From Desulfobulbales bacterium (lineage in GTDB: Bacteria; Desulfobacterota; Desulfobulbia; Desulfobulbales; JAGXFP01), in the NCBI GenBank assembly GCA_029210665.1, contig JARGFN010000002.1, positions 1 through 38,961 of the forward strand: 38,961 nucleotides of DNA, written 5' to 3'. Position 1 is the stretch's first letter. Each line of letters opens with the position of its first letter. A model generated the notes under the pieces. It saw nothing but the letters and a program-made list of their open reading frames with translations. It was not told the origin of the DNA and did not search any database. Positions 31,709-38,961 of the stretch are shown here, one piece after another. The position numbers and the translations under genes are program-made.

Positions 31709-32293
31709 TCAGTCTCGGTTTAGCGGCCCGGCTCCGCTTCTTTTAAGATTCAAGGAGGGCGACCACCAGCCTGAAGCAAGCCGGGCCCGGTCGACGACGT
31801 CAACCGAATCGTAATTATTAATGAAATAGTCGACACTCCACAACACAAAAGGGCCCAACCGTTTCAATTTAACCAGATGTCCCCGGCTCTCCTCCCCGAA
31901 GCATAACTTGAATAACCCGTCATGGCGACACACTTCGCCACCTTCTCCGCCGGCAAGAAACACCCGATGCAGCCCCTCAGCCAGGAAAGGGGCCAAGCGC
32001 TTATTCCTGACGGCCGGTAAAACCGCAACATTTTCCACTCCCTCCGAGGCCGAAACCCTCTCCTCCAGAAGCTTGATCCCGGTTCCGTCAAGCAAAACCG
32101 CCTCCAGGGCGTCGCCCTTAAGGTCCAGGGCAAGAAGGCCGGCGAAGAGCTGGGACCCGCCGCGATCAATCCGGATCTCCCAGAGATTCTGCCCGTCCGA
32201 AAAAAGTCCGCCCGCTGCCGGATATGGCTGCAACCCGGCAGCGCAACCGCAAAGCGAACCGATTATCACTAAATAAACCACCAGGTTCTTCAT
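31709..32293 (-). CDS. DUF3261-like lipoprotein
   Basis: 194 aa with a lipobox 'IIGSLCGCAAG'. Its position directly downstream of, and overlapping (ATGA), the MMPL exporter matches aryl-polyene-type clusters. Confidence 0.65.
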   Translation of the reverse strand: MKNLVVYLVIIGSLCGCAAGLQPYPAAGGLFSDGQNLWEIRIDRGGSQLFAGLLALDLKGDALEAVLLDGTGIKLLEERVSASEGVENVAVLPAVRNKRLAPFLAEGLHRVFLAGGEGGEVCRHDGLFKLCFGEESRGHLVKLKRLGPFVLWSVDYFINNYDSVDVVDRARLASGWWSPSLNLKRSGAGPLNRD

Positions 32294-34698
32294 GGTTTTT
32301 CCTCCCGGTTCCCGGATGAAGCGAGCAGGGCCGGGGTTACAAGAAGCGCCGTCGGCCAGGCCGCGCCGATGCCGACCAGTACCGTTACGCCCAGGGCATG
32401 GAGGGCCGGGTGTTCGGCAAAGCCCAGGACGCCGAAACCGGACAGGGTGCTGACCGCGCAGATCGATACCGCCGAAAGGGTCCGGTGGTCGATTCCGCCC
32501 AGGCAGGCCCGGACCATAAAAATCCCGTAGTCGACACTGAGGCCGATGACCATTATTCCCATCAGGGCATGCATGATATTAAGCTCGCCCCCGGTAAAAG
32601 CGGCAAAAAGGGCCATCGCCGCCAGCGCCGAAGTAACCGGGGCCAGCACACCTAGAACCGGCCGCGGACTCCTGAAAAACAGGGCGCAGATCATGATCAC
32701 CAGCAAGGCGGCAACCGTTGAGAGCTTGACGATATCGCGCTTCAGATCTTCCTCCACCTGCCGCCGCCAGCGGCTGTTCGACAATACCGTTACCCCGGCG
32801 ATCTCACTGCTCAAACGCTCGAGAACCGCCTTGTTATCCGGGTTGTCTGGAACAATGGTCGCCGCCAGAAAGGTTTCGACGCTCTCGCCCTTGCCGATGG
32901 CGCCCTTCTCGGAAAACTCCCTGAACAGGGAATAGATAAAGGGACGCAAGGGCCCGTCGAGAAAATCACCGGGCGCCAAACTTTCCGGCTCACTTTCCAG
33001 CCAATCGAGAAAGGGCTGGAAGGCGGCGGGGGTGAAACCGGTTGCAATCGCGGCCTGTCGCAGCTCCCTTTCGAAGCCGGCCAGCCCGGTCTTCTGGAAC
33101 TCACGCCACCGGGCCAGATTTTCAACCTGACGGTCGGGACCGGGCAGCAGCACCGCCAAGGATTGGACCCCGCTGGATTTCTCCTGCCGGGCCAGGGTTT
33201 GGTAAACCCGGTCGTTAAGGTTCAAAACCGTGTCCTGTTCCCGACCGACGGCAACGACAAAGGCCTGCTCCCCCTCCCCTCCCCAAATCCCCTTAAAAGC
33301 CCGCTCATCGTCGCTGACCGCCTGGACGGGAACATCGAGGGCGCGGAGATCTCCGTTGTAACGCAAGGAGGGCCAGACCGAGAGACCGGCGGCCAGAAGA
33401 AGCAGCCAGATCGTAAGTTTCAGCCACCGCTGATGGCTCCCCTGCCCAAACAATCGCATCTCCTTTACAAACAGCGGCCCATTCGGGGTAAAGACGCCGC
33501 TTTGGGCGCCGAGGGGCGGCGCCAGCAGCCAGGCAAGGACGAAGGCCCACGTCAGGCCGATAATGCCAAGCAGGGCCATTTGGCGGTGGGCCGCCACACT
33601 GGACAGCAGCAGCACGGCAAATACCGCAATGGTGGTAAAAAAGGCCATAAACAGCGAGCCGCGCAAATCACCGGAGATTTTCCCGGTGGAATGAATGCCC
33701 CTGGCACCCAGATAGATATGAACGGCAAAATCAACTCCGATCCCCAGAAGAACGATCCCGAAACCAAGGGCCATGGCACTGACCTTGCCGTAAAAACCGG
33801 CGAGCAGCGCAACTGCCGGAGGAGCGGCCAGAAAGGGGATCGCCACCAGAAGCAGCGCCCGCCGATCCCGCAAAAACAGAAGCAGAAAAGTGACCAGGGC
33901 CACGATCGCGACCGGCAACAGCCGGGCCAGATCGCTCCTGATCGTCCCGGCATTGGCCAGGGTGTGGGGCAGCGGCCCGACAATTCTGGCCGTGACGCGC
34001 TCCTTCAAGGAACGGGCCAGGGCCTCTTCAAGCCGCTGATTAACCAGAACGGCATTGCCGGAAACGGTCAGCGGGATGGCGCTCTCGGCCCAGATCAGAC
34101 AGTGACGGCCATCGTTGCTGATGAAAAAGCCATCATGAATATTCAGGCGCAGCGCACCGCGCAGGGTTGAGAGTTTTTCGAGAATTACAGAAGTAAAGCC
34201 CAGGGGGTCCCCTTGGATCTGCCGCTTCATGGCCAGGCCGGCCGGGCTGTTCAAGGCCTGGAAGGCCTCCGCGAGCTTTTCCCGTAACACTTCCGGCGCC
34301 ATAAGCGCTTCGAAACGACGCAGATCGCCGTCGTCGGCAAGGACCGGCAGATATTGCCTTAATTCGGCGGCCAGGCGGAATTGATAACCCTCCGGCAGTT
34401 GGTAGAAAACCTCGGCAAAAAGCGGGCTCAAGGAGAGGTCTTCGCCCAGGGCCCGGGCACTGGCCAAAAGCCCCGAATCGGGGACGGGATCGGGATCGGG
34501 GGCGGATGGAAGTTCGAGGGAGATAAAAATCCGGTTGACCATGCCCAATTGCTGCAACAACTTGAAATCACCCTGCAACGATGTACCGGGCAACATATCC
34601 AGGGCATCTTCGCCAAGCTCAATCCGCATGGAAAAATAGATCCCGGCCAGGGTAACAAGCAACACGACGATTTTTATTATCAGGGAGCGGGAAATCAT
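32290..34698 (-). CDS. MMPL-family (COG4258-type) exporter
   Basis: 802 aa with two multi-TM blocks separated by soluble domains. It is flanked by the LolA and DUF3261-like genes. Confidence 0.85.
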   Translation of the reverse strand: MISRSLIIKIVVLLVTLAGIYFSMRIELGEDALDMLPGTSLQGDFKLLQQLGMVNRIFISLELPSAPDPDPVPDSGLLASARALGEDLSLSPLFAEVFYQLPEGYQFRLAAELRQYLPVLADDGDLRRFEALMAPEVLREKLAEAFQALNSPAGLAMKRQIQGDPLGFTSVILEKLSTLRGALRLNIHDGFFISNDGRHCLIWAESAIPLTVSGNAVLVNQRLEEALARSLKERVTARIVGPLPHTLANAGTIRSDLARLLPVAIVALVTFLLLFLRDRRALLLVAIPFLAAPPAVALLAGFYGKVSAMALGFGIVLLGIGVDFAVHIYLGARGIHSTGKISGDLRGSLFMAFFTTIAVFAVLLLSSVAAHRQMALLGIIGLTWAFVLAWLLAPPLGAQSGVFTPNGPLFVKEMRLFGQGSHQRWLKLTIWLLLLAAGLSVWPSLRYNGDLRALDVPVQAVSDDERAFKGIWGGEGEQAFVVAVGREQDTVLNLNDRVYQTLARQEKSSGVQSLAVLLPGPDRQVENLARWREFQKTGLAGFERELRQAAIATGFTPAAFQPFLDWLESEPESLAPGDFLDGPLRPFIYSLFREFSEKGAIGKGESVETFLAATIVPDNPDNKAVLERLSSEIAGVTVLSNSRWRRQVEEDLKRDIVKLSTVAALLVIMICALFFRSPRPVLGVLAPVTSALAAMALFAAFTGGELNIMHALMGIMVIGLSVDYGIFMVRACLGGIDHRTLSAVSICAVSTLSGFGVLGFAEHPALHALGVTVLVGIGAAWPTALLVTPALLASSGNREEKP

Positions 34699-34704
34699 AT
34701 CCGG

Positions 34705-35364
34705 CTAGCGAAGTCGGCATTCAGAGAAGAGAACGTCCTTGAGGGCAAGATTGCGGCGGTAATTCGAGAAATAGAGCAGGGTGCGATCCCCCCCGGGTTC
34801 ATTGATTTCAACTTCAAGGGGCTGCAGGTGATCGGGATCGAAAACCACCTTTATCCTGCCGATATACGATGCCGTCTCCTTGCTCCGCGGCGAAAAAACC
34901 AGGGCCGGGCCGGGCAGAAGCTTAAAATCGAAGTCATCGCGCAGTTCCCGGTATGAACCGCTGCTCCAGGCCCAGAGCTGGGACGCCACCATCCGCATGA
35001 CGGGATCTCCATCAAGGTTGAATTTTGTGACCGGTCCCCGGTCTGTGCATTTCAGCCCCCTATTGCCGTTTAAGACGATCACCGAGGGCAGCGGATCAAC
35101 AAACTCCCAGCGCAGCTTATCGGGCCGGCGCAGACTTAATTGCCCGGAAAACTCAACCGGTCCGGCAAAGATGGCCAGTTGTTTTATCTGGGTGAAATCG
35201 CATGAAAAAGAATCGATCGCGGCGGAGCTCTCCTCCACCTTTTGCAGAAAATTCTCCAGAGCGCCGCCGCTCTCAACGCCAAAAGCCAACCCCGGCGGAA
35301 ATACCCCCGCCAGACTGAAAAAAATGAACAGCACCCCCATACGCAACAGCGGGAGATACTTCAC
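34705..35364 (-). CDS. LolA-family periplasmic lipoprotein/lipid carrier
   Basis: It has a signal peptide and 'FSCDFTQIKQLAIFAGPVEFSGQLSLRRPDKLRWEF', typical of LolA. The GTG start overlaps the DH-2 stop (GTGA). Confidence 0.8.
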   Translation of the reverse strand: MKYLPLLRMGVLFIFFSLAGVFPPGLAFGVESGGALENFLQKVEESSAAIDSFSCDFTQIKQLAIFAGPVEFSGQLSLRRPDKLRWEFVDPLPSVIVLNGNRGLKCTDRGPVTKFNLDGDPVMRMVASQLWAWSSGSYRELRDDFDFKLLPGPALVFSPRSKETASYIGRIKVVFDPDHLQPLEVEINEPGGDRTLLYFSNYRRNLALKDVLFSECRLR

Positions 35365-35816
35365 TTCTCCTCCCAGGCCTTAATCTCGCCGCCGGCCAAA
35401 AGCTCTCCCCTCTTATTAAAAACCGTACCCGCCATTACGCTCACCGGCCCGAAGTCGAAATTTTTTACAATTTCCACCCGCAGTTTTTGTCCCGCCTCAC
35501 CCCGGCCCGGCCAACTGAAATTTTCGATACCGACCAGCAAGCCGCGACCGGGTTTTTCACCGTCAACCAGACCATCAAAGCTGTTAACAGCCGCCATGGC
35601 CTGGGCGACCAGTTCAATAAAATATTCAGGCAGCACCGCGCCGTCCTGCCCCACAAAAAAACCCTCGGTGGGCGCAGTGGCCTCGACCAGGGAAAAATTC
35701 GCCAACCGATCCCTTTTGACCAGGCGTTCGATAACCAGCATGGGCGGCCGCTGGGGGACCAGGCCAACGGCTGCGCAAGGCAAAGCGGGAACCGGAATGT
35801 TTTCGTTAATCTTCAC
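35361..35816 (-). CDS. FabZ-like hot-dog protein, DH-2 (catalytic His replaced)
   Basis: 151 aa. 'LVPQRPPMLVIERLV' aligns with FabZ 'LPHRYPFLLVDRV'. 'FFVGQDGAVLPEYFIELVAQAMA' aligns with FabZ '[23 protein letters not shown]'. Gln sits where the catalytic His would be, and the Glu is retained. Confidence 0.7.
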   Translation of the reverse strand: MKINENIPVPALPCAAVGLVPQRPPMLVIERLVKRDRLANFSLVEATAPTEGFFVGQDGAVLPEYFIELVAQAMAAVNSFDGLVDGEKPGRGLLVGIENFSWPGRGEAGQKLRVEIVKNFDFGPVSVMAGTVFNKRGELLAGGEIKAWEEK

Positions 35817-35834
35817 GACATGATCTCCGCCTAA

Positions 35835-36563
35835 TCAAATATAAAGCCCGCCATTAACGCTCAGCACCTGGCCGGTTATGTAACCGGCCCCGTCGCTCAT
35901 CAGGAAGTCGACCGCCGCGGCCACCTCCTCCGGTTTACCGACCCGCCCGAGCGGCACCCCTGCAAGCATTTTATCGAGGGGCAAGCCCTCGATCATTTCG
36001 GTGTCGATCAGTCCCGGCGAAACCACGTTGACCAGGATATTGCGTTTCGCCACCTCCCTCGCCAGGGCCTTGGCCGCGGCGATCATCCCGCCCTTGGCCG
36101 CCGCGTAATTGAATTGCCCGGCCTGGCCGGTTTCTCCGGTAGTGGAGGCAATGGCGACGATCCGGCCCCGGCGGGCGGCGATCATCGACTTGACGATCAA
36201 CCTGCCGACCAGAAAGAAACCGGTCAGATGGACGTTCAGGACCAGATCCCAATCCTCCCGCCGCATCATGGCCAACAGGGAATCCCTGGTGATCCCGGCA
36301 TTATGGACCAGTCCGTAAGGAGTTTCTTCATTTAAAAGCGGCTCAAGCGCCCTGTTCATCGCCTCTTCATCGGCCACATCGAAGGGAACGACCACGCATT
36401 TACGCCCCAGGGCTTCAATCCGGCCGGCAACCGCCGCGGCCCCATCGTGATCGGACCGGTAGTTCAGCCAGATATCATAACCGCTTTCGGCAAGACGCAC
36501 GGCGACGGCGGCGCCGATCCCCTTGCTGGCGCCGGTTACTAATATAGGGGCGGATTCGGACAT
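35835..36563 (-). CDS. 3-oxoacyl-ACP reductase (FabG-like SDR)
   Basis: The motifs 'ILVTGASKGIG', 'NAGI', the catalytic 'NYAAAKGG' (YxxxK) and 'GQVLSVNGG' are present. Confidence 0.9.
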   Translation of the reverse strand: MSESAPILVTGASKGIGAAVAVRLAESGYDIWLNYRSDHDGAAAVAGRIEALGRKCVVVPFDVADEEAMNRALEPLLNEETPYGLVHNAGITRDSLLAMMRREDWDLVLNVHLTGFFLVGRLIVKSMIAARRGRIVAIASTTGETGQAGQFNYAAAKGGMIAAAKALAREVAKRNILVNVVSPGLIDTEMIEGLPLDKMLAGVPLGRVGKPEEVAAAVDFLMSDGAGYITGQVLSVNGGLYI

Positions 36564-36590
36564 AACAACCTCTTTAAAAGTTCCCGAAGA

Positions 36591-37766
36591 TCAGTAGGTA
36601 CGCAGGGTCTTTATCGCATAACCGCGAACTTTCCTGTTTTTAGCGTCCTTGGCGATTTTCTGGATAGTATCCTTGTATTGCGGCAAGACAGACGCCCCAA
36701 GCGCCTTGACCATCCAGGCCACGGCATCGGAATGATTGCGGTCGCGGGGTTTTTCGTTATAAATTTCCAGGAGAAGTTTTTCAAGGACATCGAGAACCGC
36801 GGGATCCTTCACGCCATCCTTGATAATCTTTTTCGCCCCCCACACCTTATCCTTCAGATTACTCGACTGCAACTTCGCTATATAGTCAGCCGACTTAAGC
36901 GGGGCATTCCGAGGCGGGGGCCTGTATCCCGCGGATGGCGGCACATAGACCTCTTCCTTTATCGGGGTCAGAGGGCCGGAGATGCTCTTGACCATCTGCC
37001 CGACCGCGATGGCAACGTCCTCCTCCTCCTCGATAATGGTGGCCCTGGCGATCTTCTGGGAGACTCCGATGATCTTCAACTTGCCGGACTGGATCAATTC
37101 GACGTCGAGAACCTCGCCGGTCTTGGGATGTTTGACCACCGACCCCTCCTTGAAAACCATGAATTCCATATCGGGTTTTATGCCGGTCCTCTTACCTAAA
37201 TCGATGGAGACGGAATCGTCATTCCGCGCGACGATATAGCCTTCCAGGGGGAAGTTCTTGATGATCTTGTCGGACATCCTGACAATGAGGCTCTGCAAAC
37301 TGGTGGAGGCGGTACTTTTAACGTTCTCGGCCGCGATTATCGAGGCGGTCTCGACATCGATGATCCGGGCATTCACCTCGAGAACATCCTGCAGCTTCAT
37401 GACCGAGCCGGAAATAATGATCTTCACCCCGAGGATCTTGCCGAGCTGGGTGGCGCTGCTCTCGTCGACAATCCCGCTGATCCCCATCTTCTGCTCATTC
37501 ATGATCTTGCTGAGCATCGCCCGCTCCACCACATCAAACCGGCCTTCCTTGACCAGAGCGGTAATAAACCATTCGGCAACGATCGTGCCCATATCCTCGG
37601 TTTCGTATCCCTCACCCTGCAACTCGAAATCGAGAACCGCTATCTTGGTCTTCTTGAAATCGGCCTCGGCCGAAAACGGTGCCGCCACTATCAACATTAG
37701 CCCCATTACCAGGGCAAGAATCCTTTTCACCGCAAATCTCCTGTTATTCATTGTTTTCACTGCCAT
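36591..37766 (-). CDS. secreted CsgG/LpoB/FlgO-like domain protein with beta-rich middle domain and HEAT-like C-terminus
   Basis: It has a signal peptide (LMLIVAAPFSAEA). The block 'KIAVLDFELQG...FITALVKEGRFDVVERAMLSKIMNEQ...LGKILGVKIIISGSV...VNARIIDVETASII' is typical of the CsgG/TolB-N-like fold family. The C-terminus is made of helical repeats. It lies 27 nt upstream of fabG, with an AAGAGG SD between them. Confidence 0.55.
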   Translation of the reverse strand: MAVKTMNNRRFAVKRILALVMGLMLIVAAPFSAEADFKKTKIAVLDFELQGEGYETEDMGTIVAEWFITALVKEGRFDVVERAMLSKIMNEQKMGISGIVDESSATQLGKILGVKIIISGSVMKLQDVLEVNARIIDVETASIIAAENVKSTASTSLQSLIVRMSDKIIKNFPLEGYIVARNDDSVSIDLGKRTGIKPDMEFMVFKEGSVVKHPKTGEVLDVELIQSGKLKIIGVSQKIARATIIEEEEDVAIAVGQMVKSISGPLTPIKEEVYVPPSAGYRPPPRNAPLKSADYIAKLQSSNLKDKVWGAKKIIKDGVKDPAVLDVLEKLLLEIYNEKPRDRNHSDAVAWMVKALGASVLPQYKDTIQKIAKDAKNRKVRGYAIKTLRTY

Positions 37767-37772
37767 ATCCGG

Positions 37773-38882
37773 TTATTGGAGCTTCGCCTTTATCTGACTG
37801 CCGCCGATATCGATAACCGACAGCTTTTTGCCCATGACCGCCTGACCGTCAATCATGTCGGCAAAGGCATCGCCATTGCCGCGAAAAACCACGGACAGTT
37901 TCAGTTGCCCGTTACCGAATCCCCGTTTGCTGACCGAGGAAACCTCAAGCCCCTTGATCAGGTTCTGAACTGCCTTCTGGGTCTTGTAGTCGGGGACATT
38001 GGCCACCGTCAATTCAAAGGTCATGCCGTTATTGACCATGTCCTGGAACGAGGCGACAATCTTCTCGAAAAGCTTATCGTCCATGAGCTTGCGGGCCGCT
38101 TTTTCGGCGGCCTGCGCCTTGGCCGCTTCGAGGTCGATATGGGCGGCCGCGCCGGTGGCCGATTTGGAGGCGATTATCCGGGCATTCGAGCAATTGACCA
38201 CCCTGGCGGTGATACTGGCCTGGCCCGATATCATCCCCACATCACCTAAAAGCTTATTATTCGCCGTACTCTTGACCACCTTGCCGACGATAACGTATTC
38301 AGCGCCGTTGGCGGCGCCGAGCTGGGCGGCGGCGACGGGATCGCCTTCGGTCGCCTTGCGGATCAATGCCTCGTCGCGGTCCATCAGGGCCGCCACCGCG
38401 GCCGCGTCGACCAGCTCGAATTCCTTTTCATTCAGATAATCGAGGATCGCGGTTTCGGCCGAGTTGCCGTTCTCCTCGCGGATCAAGACCATCATCCGCG
38501 GTTTGTCCATCGATTCCAGGAGGATTTTCAGGGCAACCAGATCCTCTTTGATCGCGGCCATAGAAACCACGGCGCTGATCTTGACCTGGAAGGTATCGCC
38601 GTCCCGGGATTCGCTCAGAACCTTGTAGCTTTTCACCGCCCCGACCGTCCTGGTCAGGATCATGTCTTTCCGGAGCATGAAATTTTCCACTTCGGTTTCG
38701 GAAATCAGGAAGGTGCCGATGCCGCTGCTGACCGCCTCGCGCTTGGCCTTGAGCAGGGCGTCATCTTTCGAGATCCCGTAGCCCTCGGCCTCGACGGTGA
38801 TATCGCCTTCAATGGCAAGAGCAAGGACCGGTAGTGCCAGAAAATAGATCATGGCCGCAATTGCAAAAATTCTTCTCTTCAC
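37773..38882 (-). CDS. secreted LPP20/FlgT-like domain protein
   Basis: The GTG start has a GGGAGGA SD, and a signal peptide (FLALPVLALA) follows. The N-terminal 'GYGISKDDALLKAKREAVSSGIG' resembles LPP20/FlgT_N. The central part resembles the same TolB-N-like fold (EYVIVGKV...ITARVVNCSNARII). Functional assignment is weak. Confidence 0.5.
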   Translation of the reverse strand: MKRRIFAIAAMIYFLALPVLALAIEGDITVEAEGYGISKDDALLKAKREAVSSGIGTFLISETEVENFMLRKDMILTRTVGAVKSYKVLSESRDGDTFQVKISAVVSMAAIKEDLVALKILLESMDKPRMMVLIREENGNSAETAILDYLNEKEFELVDAAAVAALMDRDEALIRKATEGDPVAAAQLGAANGAEYVIVGKVVKSTANNKLLGDVGMISGQASITARVVNCSNARIIASKSATGAAAHIDLEAAKAQAAEKAARKLMDDKLFEKIVASFQDMVNNGMTFELTVANVPDYKTQKAVQNLIKGLEVSSVSKRGFGNGQLKLSVVFRGNGDAFADMIDGQAVMGKKLSVIDIGGSQIKAKLQ

Positions 38883-38927
38883 TCTATCCTCCCACGCGTT
38901 TCCCGTGATTAAAACAAGTAGATACGG

Positions 38928-38957
38928 ATTAATGTCCCCTTACAGCGAATTTGTCAA
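38928..38957 (-). promoter_or_regulatory. candidate sigma70 promoter heading the 14-gene minus-strand operon
   Basis: The minus strand reads TTGACA-N18-ATTAAT, 46-75 nt upstream of the GTG at 38882. Pattern match only, and the window ends at 38961. Confidence 0.35.
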
Positions 38958-38961
38958 TAGA

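Noticed and set aside
15407-36563. Calling the cluster a ladderane, tetraether or plasmalogen pathway outright.
   Set aside because: Only the gene-family composition (FAS paralogs, radical SAMs, desaturase-like enzyme) is reminiscent. No homology to specific candidate genes can be established without searches. The LolA/MMPL/DUF3261 trio points instead to an aryl-polyene-type outer-membrane lipid. This is kept as an analogy only.
1-38961. CRISPR arrays, tRNA/rRNA genes, prophage or defence-island genes.
   Set aside because: No regularly spaced direct repeats, no cloverleaf-like or rRNA-like segments, and no nuclease, integrase or transposase ORFs were recognised anywhere in the window.

Overview
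The window is GC-rich bacterial chromosomal DNA. Gene content looks like an anaerobic Desulfobacterota/deltaproteobacterium-type organism, but the taxon cannot be proven from sequence alone. All protein calls come from reading motifs in the supplied translations; no database search was run.

I support 35 CDS in three strand blocks.

(i) 1-14.7 kb, minus strand:
- two small membrane proteins;
- an ArsR-headed operon of an MMPL/RND exporter, a LolA-like sorting protein and an outer-membrane barrel;
- a YibQ-like divergent deacetylase and a polyprenyl diphosphate synthase;
- a 701-aa helical-repeat single-pass protein;
- a long U32-family Fe-S protein;
- efp-epmA.

(ii) 15.4-25.4 kb, plus strand: a tightly coupled 9-gene operon of KS, CrtI-like flavoenzyme, KS, ACP, PlsC-like acyltransferase, PaaK-like adenylating enzyme, SPASM radical SAM, B12 radical SAM and KAS III.

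(iii) 25.9-38.9 kb, minus strand, converging on (ii): a 14-gene operon of two secreted envelope proteins, FabG-like KR, hot-dog DH, LolA, MMPL exporter, DUF3261-like lipoprotein, second DH, 4HBT thioesterase, KS, second B12 radical SAM, ABC-2 ATPase and permease, and ACP.

Blocks ii and iii together form a ~23.5 kb cluster and are the main candidate for an undescribed system. Its core follows aryl-polyene logic: an enoyl-reductase-less type II FAS/PKS plus the LolA/MMPL/DUF3261 export trio. It is elaborated with three radical SAM enzymes, a desaturase-like flavoenzyme, an ABC-2 exporter and two envelope proteins.

The intergenic DNA holds unexplained structure:
- a 218-bp MITE with 13-bp TIRs and a 5-bp TSD, nested inside a palindromic repeat whose uninterrupted (empty-site) copy is also in the window;
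- two long hairpins with a conserved internal module and covarying stems, flanking the plus operon in opposite orientation;
- a third short repeat family;
- a strong intrinsic terminator with a possible small 3' transcript.

No rRNA, tRNA or CRISPR array was seen.
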